This document shows, piece by piece, positions 21,670 through 35,600 of a DNA stretch of 64,000 nucleotides. Under the pieces are notes generated by a model, which was not told where the DNA came from, made no database searches, and worked only from the letters and a program-made list of their open reading frames with translations. The position numbers and the translations under genes were made by a program. The DNA is from Chrysomallon squamiferum (Eukaryota > Animalia > Mollusca), in contig CM022675.1 of the NCBI GenBank assembly GCA_012295275.1, positions 16,616,001-16,680,000 of the forward strand, written 5' to 3'. Position 1 is the first letter of the stretch; each line of letters begins with the position of its first letter.

Positions 21670-24111
21670 GAAAACTTTAAAATTTATTCTCCTGTATGTT
21701 AATAAAGCAAAACATACAGATTCATATATACATCTTGATCCATGACTCAATTAAACCATTGTCTTTGTGAAAACTAGTATGCTATGACATATTTTTACTT
21801 ATTAGGATTTGCATAATCATCATCTTACTTAAATTGGGCAACATCGGTGCTCATTACTTGTAACATTAATATACTTTTATAGTTACTGCATGTATGCATA
21901 CTACTAGTTTATCTCTTGCAAGTCAACCACCAATAGTATCAACTTCTCTTCTTTTCATTTAAAACATTATACATACTTGTCAGTGGTGTGTCCCATGAAC
22001 TGCATAATAATAATGGATATTTTCATCAACTATAATAATATAAACAAAATAGATTTAGAAATGATTTTATCATTGTTATTTCAGTTAAAAAAAAAAAAAA
22101 AAGGTTGGATTCAAACAGAACATTATTCAAATGGCTTTGTACTGTAAAAGATCTGGCTGCAAATTTTGCCTAACAAAATAATGTTTTGGTATTTGACATT
22201 TTTCAAATTTACTACTGAAGTTTTAAATGATCTCTGGGCAGAGTTGCTGAAGAGAAAAAGTCTAGCTAACCAGCAGATCCTTGATCTATCTTCCCTACAT
22301 CTGGAAATCTGTGATGAACAGTGCTTAAAGATTTGGGGAAACAGATGACTGAAATATTGAAATAAAACAACTTATTTAACCAACTGTACATGACAGTAAA
22401 TGAAAACAACAAAACAGATTATATACATAATATAAATATTTATTTTTCATGTACAATGGAACACATTGTAAACACATGTGCCTGTCTTGTTTCACTGAAC
22501 TGTGTTATTTCAACAATTCATTCATAAAATTATTTTTATATTCAGTCAAATATTGTATCAGACTTCCTTTATTTGAAAAACAAAACATAAAGGCAAAGTA
22601 TAAAAAAGATTAAGTAAATCAGCTTGCAGTTCATGAATGTGCAAAAAAAAAGAAAAAAAATTCCAATTTATATTTATTTTAATTTTTAATGTTACTTTTT
22701 TGTTTCAAATTTAAATTATTTTATTACACCAGTGTCTGTCCAACTAACACTTACAAAACTGTTATGAATTCCAGTGCCTTAATTTTGAATTCTACATCTC
22801 ATTTTCTGTACAAGTTTCCAAACATCAGAGCCAAATTCTGATTTGTCAAGCATTTCTTTACATTCATATTTGTACTTGTTTTTTTCATCATGATCTCCAG
22901 ACTTTATTTATATAATGTTACATATAACATAAATGTGTCCCTAACAGTATCAACTACATAACTCTATTTATACATATATATATGTATGTACCAACATATA
23001 TATGTTAATTTTTTTTTTAGTCTTCATTGTTTTATCATGTTTAAAATCATATACTGTTTCAGCAGTCTTGTAGTGGATTTCAGAAACATGATTACAAGTG
23101 TACAACATAATAATGCATAAAAATCAATGGAGAAGTTAGGTGGCAGGTGGGAAGTAAAGTCAGTTCTAAATGGGGAAGGGGAGGTAACTCCTCTTGGCAT
23201 ACAGTTCAAATACAAATTCTGATTTTTTTTATCTTCTTTATAAAGAAACTAATTTCAATATTAATATTATAATTATGTGGGATTTTTTTAAAAGCTGGAA
23301 CAGCCCCATTTAATCTTTTTAAAACAGATCAGTTCAAGAATACAAACTAAAATCTGGCCTCTGACCTTTTCTGTAGTAACACACAACAGAACTAAATGTA
23401 TCATCATTTGGAACATTTTTTTTCCATTTTTCATATATGTTTTGCAGTGTGTGTGTGTGTGTGTGTGTGTGCAAGGCTGAAAAACAACATAGTCTAAGCA
23501 AAATAAAAAATAAATTAGCCTGGATCATACAATGGTAGATGTTGGTAAGATCCATCAGAATAGTTTAATCAATGTCGTTCACATTTAACTGTAAACAGGA
23601 AGATTCTGTGAGTATTGTGTTTGAATTTTTAAAATATATTTTAGTAACCTCTATATAATTATCTCAAAAACAGTGTTCTGTGGTCATATCTAAAGATACA
23701 CATTTTCTACAGAAACTAACTGTATATGTTCTAAAATATATATGTATTTGTGCTTAAACTTCTTTGGTGCAGAATTCTTTATGAATTGAGGGGGATAAAA
23801 ATTTAAATTTTATTTTATTATATTAAAAATCTGTTTCTGAAAGTATTTTTGTGTTGTGATATCATAAGGCATTTATTTATTATTAAACAGATTTGTAATG
23901 TATAAACAAATTTCTAGTACAAGAATTGCTGGTTGCAATTATAAATGTTTTTAGAAAAAACAGAAAAATTATTGTCAAGTACTTTGTGAATAATCATAAT
24001 AATAATGAATGAAAAAAAAAAAAAAAGGTATAATACTCAAGTTGTGATATGTAAGACATATTTTTCTGTTATTTGTTGTAAGTGAAGGACCAATCTACCT
24101 AACACGGAGGA

Positions 24112-24202
24112 GGTTAGTCGTTTTAGTACTAACGTTTTAGTACTAACGTGTTAGTCGTTTCAGTACTAACGTGTTACTCGTTTCAGTACTAACGTGTTAC
24201 TC
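24112..24202. repeat. Short ~22-bp tandem repeat
   Basis: gttagtcgtttcagtactaacgt-type unit, ~4 copies. Confidence 0.75.
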
Positions 24203-25217
24203 TTGTATACACAAAAATTCATATTGCTCCTTGCACTGTGCATAGTTTTACCTTATTTTGCATAGCAATAATTATAATAATAAATAAAATAACAATAAAG
24301 GTGAATCTACTAAGTTATACTATAATAATCACTGATTATTTGCTCACAAACATATCAGACTTTATAAGACCTTTTCTTTTTTTAACTGTTTTCCTCCAGG
24401 AAAAAAAATATAAATAAAGAATTAAAATAAAATATCCAATAAACCAACCCATCTTGATTAAGTTTTAAGTAAAAAATCTAGATGACCAGAAATGTGTCAT
24501 GGTAAACAAAATATTATCTTTCTTATCTTTACAAAAATAACTTTCACTCAATATTTCACAGGATTTCTTAATAATCAACACTGCTGTTGATAAAAATATT
24601 TACCAAGTTATTTTTTGTTTCTTAATAAATTATGATAGTTAAAGATGCTCAAAAATTTATATTCTATATGCTATGAGATATGCTTATATCTAGATATATA
24701 TCTTATAGCCAATGTATATATACATATATATGTTGTCTATAGTTAAAGATTTATTCAATAAATGAAATGTATAATTGTTTATACTGGTATGTCACATTTT
24801 AAAAATAAGATTTTGTTAAGATACATAATTCACCTTGACATTAAATCAGGTAAAAATATTACTACAGGTAAAAAATATTCTAGAAGCTAAATTGTCTGGT
24901 CTGTGATATGATTAATTACACTGATATAATGATGAAATGCAGGTAAAACTAAGGTAAATGATGCTACAGAAAGCTGGATTTAATTATTCTAAGATATAAA
25001 CACACAATGGATACAGGTTAAAACTACAGGTAAGCAATGATACAGAAAGTCAGGTTTAAATGTCTGAATAGATGAAAATGTTTTAGGTACGAGATGAAAA
25101 ATGGACTGGATTATTTTATGATATGAAAACTTTATACTGATATGTTTTTATGATATTTCTAACAGCTGAATCTGATTATAGGATGAAATGAAAACACATC
25201 AGTGAAGTGTAAGTTTT

Positions 25218-25948
25218 CTAGAAGGCCGGGTTTGTGTGTTCTATTATACACCCGCGACAGTACTTCTTCACCACTCTGTACGTTTCCACAGACAGACTGC
25301 AGTCCTGAATGTTGAGCTGAGCAAGTCCACGACAGTGATATGCGATAATTGCTATTCCTTTGTCTGTGATTCCGTCACACGACTTCACACTGAGTTTTCT
25401 CAGCTGAGGACAGTTTTCAGCTAACAGCTGAAGCCCAGCGTCTGAAATTTCACATTTTCCAACGTCAAGCGACCTCAGACGTGGACAGTTACCTGAAAGA
25501 TATTCTAACGATTCATCTGAAACAGCCTCACATCCTCGCACATTGAGATACCTCAGTTTGGGGCAGTGTTTGGCAATGTACATGACCCCCACATCCGACA
25601 CTTTGTCACACTTAGCAACACTGAGGTATCTCAAGTGTTCCCCAAGTTTAGACAACTCCCACAAACCAAGGTCCGTAACTCTCTTACAGTCACTGACACT
25701 AAACTCGCGGAGGTAAGTACAGTTGTTGGCGATGTATTTGATGCCGATGTCTGTGATGCGCATACATCGTCTGAGATAGAGGAACTGCAGCTGACTGCAG
25801 TGTGACGTGATGACGCCGAGGCCAACGTCTTCCAGTGCGCTGCAGTCACTCATGTCAAGGTAGCGGAGGAATATCTGATGTTGGTTGTGTGATGCTGTCT
25901 CTGACAACAGTTTGTCTGTCAAACTTATACACGTGACAAGAGAACAAC
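25218..25948 (-). CDS. FBXL7: FBXL7 terminal exon (LRRs)
   Basis: tttcag|(G)CSLVTCISL...IEHTNPAF*. Confidence 0.95.
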
Positions 25949-27367
25949 CTGAAACACACGTAACAAACACAAGTCTTATTCTCTAATAATCTGACAATAA
26001 ATACATTATTGTGTGTATGTATGTGTGTGTGTGTGTTTGTGTGTAAAAATATGTATGTAAAAACTTAAAACCTAAGTATAAAGTAACAAGGACAAATAAT
26101 TTATCTATAAAAAACATAATAATTCTGAATAAGTAATAAAAAGTAGATACATAAATGGAAATATGTAAAAATCCAAAACATTAATAAAAAATGAATTAAT
26201 TGTTTATTATTATTTTTATTATGTTTTTAATAAAATTAAATATATATCAAAGACTGAGTCTTTGGTAAATCTACAAAATATATTTTTATTATTACAGTTG
26301 ACTGAATATTTGACTGAAATCCTTGAATATGAACAGTAAACAGTTTACAAGCCACAAGTACAAGCCACATATACGTGCACACACATTCATTCTCTCTCTC
26401 TCCATCTCAAACATGTATAATAAATGAAATACATTAAATTGAAATATTAAAGTCTACTCATACAAATATCTGTACAGAAACAATGTAAAGAGATAAACAA
26501 ACTCAGAAACTCTGATGGACTTGCAGAAAACATTACCTGTGACATCAAGATGCTCCAGATTGACACAACTGGACACAACATCAAACAGCGCAACGTTTGT
26601 TATCTTAGAACACATCTTCAACTCGAGGTATCTCAATTCAGGACACCGTCTTGCAATAACCTTTAACCCTTTGTCTGTCAACTGCTCACACCCATTCAGA
26701 TTCATTCTTTCTAGAATGACGCACACTTTGGGTGTGTTGTAGCTGAGTCTCCTCATCAGATACTTCAGTGCTCTGTCGATGTTAACATAACTGTTGTTTA
26801 TAACTATACTTGTCCATAGCAACGGGTGTTCCCAAACAAGGCGGTACCATCGCAGACACACCCTGGCACTGCGACACAGATGATCTGTTGGCAAGTTGGA
26901 CAGAATTTTAAGAACTATATCATCAGTAAGCAGTTCAAACAGGGATGGACGGACGTATGGATACTTTCCTTTTGATGTCCACATAAGTTTATCTGTGTCT
27001 TGCAAGTCCATCAGCTTCATTTTGGACTTCATGGCGTCCATCTGCGACTCAATGTACCTCGGATCATACACTGTGTTTTTGTACAGGTGGGTTACTCTCT
27101 CCGATTTGGAGATCACTGGTGAAGCTGATGGATGGTGAAGTTTCTGTTTGGTGTGCATCTGAACATAATAGTTTGATGACTTCAAGTCTGGGGAATTAGC
27201 AAACGACACACTCTTGGATTTACCACAGTCTGTCAAATGTCTGTCTGTCTGCATGTTCCCTTTGAAGGTTGTCATGGCAGTGGGTGGATAATTGTAACTG
27301 GCGATATCAGACGCAATCCCAGAACTTGAGTCATGGTTGGACTCAGAGCCTGGAGCAGTTACTTGAT
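25218..27367 (-). CDS. FBXL7: F-box/LRR-repeat protein 7; complement(join(25218..25948,26537..27367)) plus candidate first exon 52294..52372 (~546 aa total)
   Basis: F-box (LLTDDIVLKILSNLPTDHLCRSARVCLRWYRLVW), cysteine-containing LRRs, C-terminus IEHTNPAF like vertebrate FBXL7, N-terminal SSSGIASD like vertebrate SSSISSD; phase-1 GT-AG intron 26536-25949. Confidence 0.93.
26537..27367 (-). CDS. FBXL7: FBXL7 exon (F-box and first LRRs)
   Basis: ttcttgcag|(D)QVTAPGSE...LEHLDVT(G)|gtaatg; 831 nt, phase 1-1. Confidence 0.93.
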
Positions 27368-27375
27368 CTGCAAGA

Positions 27376-27738
27376 AATAAACACCAGTTGTTAATAAACA
27401 CCAGTTGTTAATAAACACAAGTTGTTAATAAACATCAGTTATTGATAAACATCAGTTATTAATAAACATCAGTTATTGATAAACCACAGTTGTTAATAAA
27501 CACCAGTTGTTAATAAACACCAGTTGTTAATAAACACAAGTTGTTAATAAACATCAGTTATTGATAAACCACAGTTGTTAATAAACATCAGTTATTGATA
27601 AACCACAGTTGTTAATAAACATCAGTTGTTAATAAACATCAGTTATTAATAAACATCATTGTTCACAAACATCAGTTATTAATAAACATCATTGTTAATA
27701 AACATCAGTTACAAATAAACTTCAGTTACTAATAAACA
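27376..27738. repeat. 17-bp minisatellite, ~21 copies
   Basis: aataaacaYcagttRtt unit abutting the FBXL7 acceptor. Confidence 0.95.
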
Positions 27739-28774
27739 CTTTTCAAACATGCACCAAACCAGACAGTGGGAAATACTGTTTAACTTCCTTTGAATAAAAA
27801 TAAAAAACATGTCAACTTTATCAAGCAATGTTTATTGTGGTGAATTTAAGAAGAACAGAATATGTCATAGATATACCTACACATGAATACTGTTGTCAGA
27901 TACATGTAAAATACTCATATTTTTATATGAATATATTTATGTATGTATGTATGTATGCATATTTGCTTTACATGTGCATATTATACTTATTATGCATTAG
28001 ATGTGTATGTGTGAGTGTATGTATTTTTCTCACAATTAAGTGTTTAAGTTGCAAATGTCTGTGTTTGTGTCTGCACCTGCCTGCATGTTTATCTGTTTTT
28101 ATTACACAAACATTAAAAGATTAATCTTCATTCACATCTGAAACATTGTTAACTGAATGTTTTCACATCTATACAAGTGTAAAACAACTACAACAGCTGA
28201 AATAACAACACCTCACACACTGTAAAGAATTTGATGATAAGAGAAGTGAGAAGGAGAAGTTTTAACAAGAAGTTACAGGATTTGATTTGTCACTTTTGTC
28301 GCTGTTTGTCTCAGGAAGTCGTCAGTTCCAGTACAACTTTGTCCACCAAGTAAACATTTCCACCCAGACTGTGTTTACCATTTCTTTCTTTTACTCTCTT
28401 TATTTTTACTCTGTTTTCTTCAGTATCTTTATTTTTTCTTTTCTTTATTTATCTTTTCTTTTTCTTTCTTCTATTACACTATTTATTTACTCTGTTTTCT
28501 TTAATATCATCTTTTTTCTTTTCTTTATTTCATTTTTTCTTTACTATTTTATTTATATATGACTTTTACCTTTTTTTCTGGTTTATATTTTCTGAATTCA
28601 TATGTTTTGGTGTTAAACATTCATTTCTTATTTATTATTATTCATTCATTTATTCTTTATCTTCATTTGTCTGATATTATTTATTCCTTTAGTTACATTT
28701 TTTTTATTAATAAAATGATTTTGGTGAGACATGAATACATATTACAAATTAAATGTGCGTGTGTGTGTTGTATA

Positions 28775-29180
28775 TTGTAGAACCTCAGGTTACGAACCTG
28801 ATTCCAGAACTCGGTTTGTAAACCAAATTGCATCTAAACCAAAGTGATGTCAGACACCCAAATGCCACTCTCATGTTTTGCAGTTATTTCTTTCTTAACA
28901 TCTACTGTGATACGTTTATACTTTCCAACAGCATTATCGATTCACTTTTTTTGTTGCGCGCCATATTGCATAGGGTATAATAAAACATATACACATAAAA
29001 GCAGCAACACTAAAACATGCGAGCTTGGCTTTGACGTAAGCATCTATTCTTATCTTTACTAGATGTTGACATCAAAAGAAAGATTGTCATGGCAAGTTGC
29101 TGTAGTTTGTAACTCAGGACATTATTCATAAACCAAGACAAAAATTACACAAGATCAGGGTTTGTAACCCAAGATTCCAC

Positions 29181-29182
<2 letters not shown>
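28775..29182. mobile_element. pogo/Tigger-type MITE
   Basis: Left TTGTAGAACCTCAGGTTACGAACCTGAT versus reverse complement of the right end CAGTGGAATCTTGGGTTACAAACCCTGAT; TA on the left flank. Confidence 0.55.
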
Positions 29183-29241
<59 letters not shown>

Positions 29242-32074
29242 TAAACATTAGAAGAAATCTCTCTCCCTCTCTCGCTCGCTATATATATAGATATGTAGTT
29301 AAATGATTTAAACTATAACAAACCTACCCATGAAAGTCACTTTCAGTTCCACCATTTTGTAATTTAACTGTTTAAATTTCACACACAGTATTCCTTTGTT
29401 TTGAAAATTATATTTCCATTCCAGTAAACAAATAATAAATAGGTTATAAAAGGAAAAATATTCTGTATAAATGTTTCCAGCACAGTATTTAGAGAAAAAC
29501 TTGATGCAAACACAATTAAAAGTTGATATGTGTAACAATTTCTTGTAATTTTAGTTGAAAACTAATTCACTTTACTTAATTAAAATACTTTAAAAATCTT
29601 ATAATTCCATTTTCAAAACTGATCTGGTATCAGTAAAAGAGAACATCTTTGTCTTCCTCCTCACAAGTATTAAAAGAATTTATGTTTCCACAGAATTTAT
29701 CAAATTTATTTCTTTGAGGAAAATGTAGTCATTTTTCTAAATATATCTTCAGTATTCTCCATTCATATTGTTAGGAATGGCTGCTGTCTTCTAACATAAG
29801 ATTATTTAAAATATTTTTCACCTTGAACCTTGGACCAATAAGTTATGTTCTGTAAATCACTATTCACAAATCTTATCATCCAAATACTGTCACATCTGTG
29901 AGATGTCATTTCACTCTGTGTACTTCACATCAGTTTGCAGGTAAAATGTGGTTAACTGACATCCACACATTCTCATGTAAAATATGTGTAACAACTGCAC
30001 ATTTAATTATCATATAAGTTTTGTGACATTCATCATTCCAGGATTCATAGATTGTCATGCAAGTTTGTACTGAAACTGTCACATAAGCTGTAACATAAAT
30101 TATATGTCAGCTGTCATTTTACAATCAACTCATAGTCACATCCCGATCCAAGAACTGTTTTACAAAATATATGACAACTGACATTTTACTTTTCAGAAAC
30201 TGTCACACTGTCATCTGTACAGTGCCACTAAGTTAGTATATATGTCACGTTGTCACTCCACAATTCACAAACTGAGTGAACGATGCAGGACACAATGTCA
30301 CAGCAGTCTGTATGTAAGATGTGTGAGCTGCTGATGTTGACGTTGTTTACCCGGTCGAAGTCGACAGAAAACAGTGTACACAGATACAACAAAATCTGTT
30401 TACACTCACAGAAAGCTGCTGCCAGGGGGCTGATGGGTGGGGGGCTCTTTCGACTTACAGCAGATTAACAAACAGGAGGGTTCAGTTCAGCCGAGGCTCA
30501 TCTAGAAATGAGATGTTTGTGTTGTCTAAGCGAGGATCAGAGATAGAACAAGAGATTTGTTCATGTAACAAGCTTACAACACCCACTACACATCAACCGT
30601 TAATGACAGGATGGGCTCGAGTCTCCTGCACAAAGCCTCAAACAAACTCAACAGATTTGAAAAACAAATAGCTAATTTGACAATCCATGAAGTAAGATCC
30701 AACAAGAAGGATTAATAGAGAATTTAAATACTTTTCACTGGCACAATATGAACAGTCTCTGTAGACAGTCATCACTATTTAGTCTATCACTTTTTAAATT
30801 GTCACTGTGTTATTTGTCACTATTTAAATTGTAAAACTGTAACTGTTAGCTATCACTGTTTATACTATCAAACTGTTGTCTATTTGTGTCATCACATTAT
30901 ATATCTGTTATGTTAACTGTCACTGTTTAGATAATCAGTATTTAAATTGTCACATTTTAGATAATTTAGATGTTATTACGTAAATTGTCATGTATTAGAT
31001 AATCTGTATCTATGGAAACAAAGATATTCCATATTGTTTTTAATCACCAAAAATAAGCTCATATTTACTAAGAATCATTTATAGTTTAAACTGTGTAAAC
31101 ATTCCAAATAAAATATGCATTCTTTCACATCTATCTGTATCTATCTATAGCAAACATATTCATCTACACACACACATACAAACACATATACAATGCATAC
31201 AAATATGAACTTGAATAAAAACACAATTATACACACACCTATACAAACAGACACAAAGAATGAGAAAATTACACAGTGAATTGCATAAATCCTTTGTAAC
31301 TTAATCTGTATTTAATACAGCATGTTCACAATATTTAATTTACGTAACTGAGTGGATTCTGAAAATCCTAGCTTATTATTTGATCTGAAAATATTACATC
31401 ATACAGCTACTGCCACCCAGTGTACAGCGTCATTACATCAGTGACAACATTTACCTACAGAATGTATTCAAGCTGAAATAATCTTTCAATTGCTGCTTAA
31501 ATAAGCAGTATGTAAAGAAATACTTCACCATGTGTCAGCTAAGGGGAGGTAATTCCAGTAATCCTGGATTAGTTGTGTACAGAAAGTATACTAACTGGAA
31601 ACAGAAACCATGTAAAATATTTTAAATTTGTAAAAAAAAAAAAAAAAAAAAAAAAGATAAAAGAAAAGACCACCCCCCCAAAAAAAAATAAACCCAGTGT
31701 GTTTCACATGCATGCACATGTCTGTTTACAGAATTAAATGCATTTTTCAAATGTTTTAAAATTTTCTTAACTAAATTCTAAATTGTTTGGTGTTTTTCTT
31801 TTGTCTCTCAGTATACATTCATTCTCTGCCAATGTATTTAATATTCTGTTTATTCTGCTTTTTCAAAAAGAAATAACAAAACACAAAAGGATAATTCCAT
31901 ATACTTAAAATTAAAACCTAAAATACCTGCTTTATTCAACTATCCCTGTCTAAAATTTCAGGCAGAGATCCACAAATAGAGAACTGCTTGCAAGAAAAAT
32001 ATTCAAGAAAATTTAAAATATATAAAATACTATTTTAGTCATATAATCATACAAGTCATAATTTATGAAGAAAC

Positions 32075-32625
32075 AAAAATCTACAGAACAAAATGATCAT
32101 GGATGAAAATGTCCATAGATCAAAATGTCTACTGAACAAAATATTTATAGATACCAATGTTTGTAGAATAAAATGTCCATAGATCAAAATGTCTACAGAA
32201 TAAAATATTTATAGATACCAATGTTTGTAGAATAAAATGTCCATAGATCAAAATGTCTACTGAACAAAATATTTAGATACCAATGTTTGTAGAATAAAAT
32301 GTCTATAGAACAAAATATTTATAGATACCAATGTTTGTAGAATAAAATGTCTATAGAACAAAATGTCTACTGAACAAAATATTTATAGATACCAATGTTT
32401 GTAGAATAAAATGTCTATAGAACAAAATGTCTACAGAACAAAATATTTATAGATACCAATGTTTGTAGAATAAAATGTCTATAGAACAAAATGTCTACTG
32501 AACAAAATATTTATAGATACCAATGTTTGTAGAATAAAATGTCTATAGAACAAAATGTCTACTGAACAAAATATTTATAGATACCAATGTTTGTAGAATA
32601 AAATGTCTACTGAACAAAATGTTGA
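32075..32625. repeat. 16-bp minisatellite with 64-bp higher-order unit
   Basis: aaaatgtctatagaac / aaaatgtctactgaac / aaaatatttatagata / ccaatgtttgtagaat cycling. Confidence 0.92.
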
Positions 32626-35600
32626 TAGGTCTAAACCTCTAATGATGAAAATGCATGTAAAATATTTTGTGTCAGATAACAAAGAATTAATGTGTTGTTA
32701 AGTAAAATATTTTTTGCCTTGTGATACTTCAGAGTAATCATATTTCTAAGTAAAACAAACAGCTGAGTTCAGTATACACTTGATAGTTAACACTTTCTGT
32801 TTAAGGAGGTAAACTGACTTTCATGTTGTGAAGTCTTGTGATTAGCAGTTAACTAACCTAAGTGTTTTTAAGATTAGAATAGCACAGAAAAAATGTAAAC
32901 ATATTTATTAAGTTGCACTATGTGCAAACAATTTAAATAAAAACGAAAAATAGGCCTTTTATTCTAAGAGAAATAATAGCCTTAAAAAAATAAGTAAATA
33001 ATATGTACATAATCTTTAATATCAACAATCTATAATCTTTGGATATTTTCATTGCACAATTTTGTATGACCTTGAACATCAAATCATGGATTAAGAAGTA
33101 TTTGGGAGAGATTCAGTTATGTGAATATTTTAATTCTGCAGGTCGTAAGCTATGTTTTGATATGAATCCCAAGCTCCACCGTGTATGTGGTTACACAGGT
33201 GTGTCAAGTACTGCTAATTAAGATGATTCTGTGACTACCTTCTTATGTGAAAACTGCTTTGAAATTACAACTACATGAACTGATTACTCATTCCAAGTAC
33301 ATCCACAACTAATTCTTATTTCTTATAACCATGGCAATTCAAATACCAGGGCAAGAACACAAAGAACAAATACAAAACAAATACAAAATTCTTTGCTTTT
33401 AAATAAAAATAAAATGATTTAGTTGACAACAGAAAACCTTGCTCACTGTTTACTGTTGTGTTTCAGATATCTGCAATTCGTAAAAAGCTTCAGATTTTTA
33501 TTATTATTAATTTTTTTTAAATATATTTCAGCCATGAAACATTACTGAAATGAAAATTCACTGATGTTCTGAAGAGCTGTAACAGGTTTCTGCATAAAAA
33601 ATTCTGAGAAGTTTTGAAAACATTTTATTTATTTATGTACATTATTTATTTATATGTTTACTTGATCTTTTGTTTTGTTTGTGCATCTAGCATCTTTTCT
33701 AAACTGTATGCATGAATATTTAGTCTAATTTGAGTGTTTTGTCAACTTTATTAAATGCTTTCCTTATAAATACACCCTGTATATAGCTTAAACAACAATT
33801 TAGAAAGGAATGTACAGAAACCATAGTTTCCAGTTTTAATTATAATGCTTGCTAAGAAGAAGTAAACTTAATTTACATCTCATCATATTTTTGTATCAGT
33901 TATTAACAAATATTATTTATGAAGATATCAGAGAGGAAACCTGCTTCCGCTTGTTCAATGAGCAGCTCATCAGTGAGTAAAGATAACTACTCTTTATTTG
34001 TATACAGCCAAGTTGTAGTTCTTACTGTATTGCAGAATTTATTTCTTCCATTGTTAGTGTGTGTGTCTGTGTGTGTGTGTCTGTGTGTGCAAAAATATTC
34101 CACATACACATATGTTCTGAAGAGCTGCACCTTTCAAAGACAATAAAGCACTCGTACAATAGACTGTGATGTAAAAGTTGGAATATGAAAAATAACAAAG
34201 GAACTCTAACAGCATTTCTGTAAACTGAAGCTCATATTCTTTATAAAAAATATCCAAAATAAACAAATCTCTCTAAAGTTAAAATTTTTTTTTTAAATAA
34301 ATGCCAAAAGCATTAATTAAAAAATTATTTAAAAAGATAAAAAAAAGATAGTGTAAAAAAAAAAAGACAAATATTTTAATCTGCATGGCTGGTTTTGAAA
34401 AACAGGTAATGTGAATACCTGTACAGAAATAATTGAAAACACCTGCAATCACACCTGACAGGTGAGAACAAAAAACTAAAAAAAGTCTTCACACCTTTCA
34501 AATACATCATTTCATGTATTGGATTTACACATATTAAAAACACTATTTTTATTTTTTTTATTTTTTTTTGTATATAATTGGTTGTAATAGATTGTTGTGA
34601 AAACATTTGCTATTAATTAAAACTGAGCTGATTATCAGGTTTCCACATTCTTTGTCTCTTAGACATTAATCACAGCCTGACCCACGTAAGTGTAGATCAG
34701 AAACATTTACTATCTCCTTAATATACTTTTTATTTCTGTTATACTTATCATCATCATTATTACAGTTAGTTATTATTATTATTCGTTATTGCTGTGCTTT
34801 TATTATCATTGCTGCTGTTATTACTATCATCATAACCATTTATACTTTTATGTTTTTATCATCATCATTATTACTGTTAATATTATTACTGTTATTATCA
34901 TTAACATTATATTTATTATTACTGTTGTTGTTTTATTATTACTCTTATTATTATTATTATTATAACAATTACTATTCTTGTTGTTATTACCATTATTACT
35001 ATAATTACCATCATTATCATTGTTATTGTTACTGTTTCTATAGAGGATTTATCTCAACTAAAACTACATCAGATGAGTGTTTAGTTTTCCCCTCTAACCA
35101 GTGATGTATAAAACATTTCTATATATATATCAAAAGTTATCTCTTCATCTTTTGTTTAAAAGTTTTCTCAAAAAAAGAATTAAATAAAAAAAAAACAAAA
35201 ACAAAAAGAAAAAAAAGAAAGGAAAAAGAACAGAATAATAAAATATCACACTGCCCACAACACATAAGAAAAAACTCCAAGATATTGCCTTAAAATAATA
35301 TTGTTGTTAACACCCACTCACAAACTGTTTTACACACACTGCTAAACCTCATTGTGAGTTGATTGATTGGTCATGTCCAGCCAATAAAATAAAGTGTTAC
35401 TTATTGTGTTTAATGAGCCAATCAATAAAGATTGGGGGTGGAGCCATCAATCAAATGTCAAGTACTCTAATAAACAGTTGCTTTGTGTTGTATTAGGTCA
35501 GTGATGTTAGAAAAATATGGTAATATAAAGTTATTCTGGGATCTTGATCAGATGAAGAAAAAAAAAAAAACAAAAAAAAAATTAAGAATAATCTTACCTA

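Noticed and set aside
25236-27138. Plus-strand and alternate-frame ORFs overlapping FBXL7
   Set aside because: Shadow ORFs of the FBXL7 exons
30459-30501. Minus-strand 43-nt exon-like segment (ttctag|...GCT|gtaagt)
   Set aside because: Stops in all three frames; at most non-coding, and unsupported without RNA data
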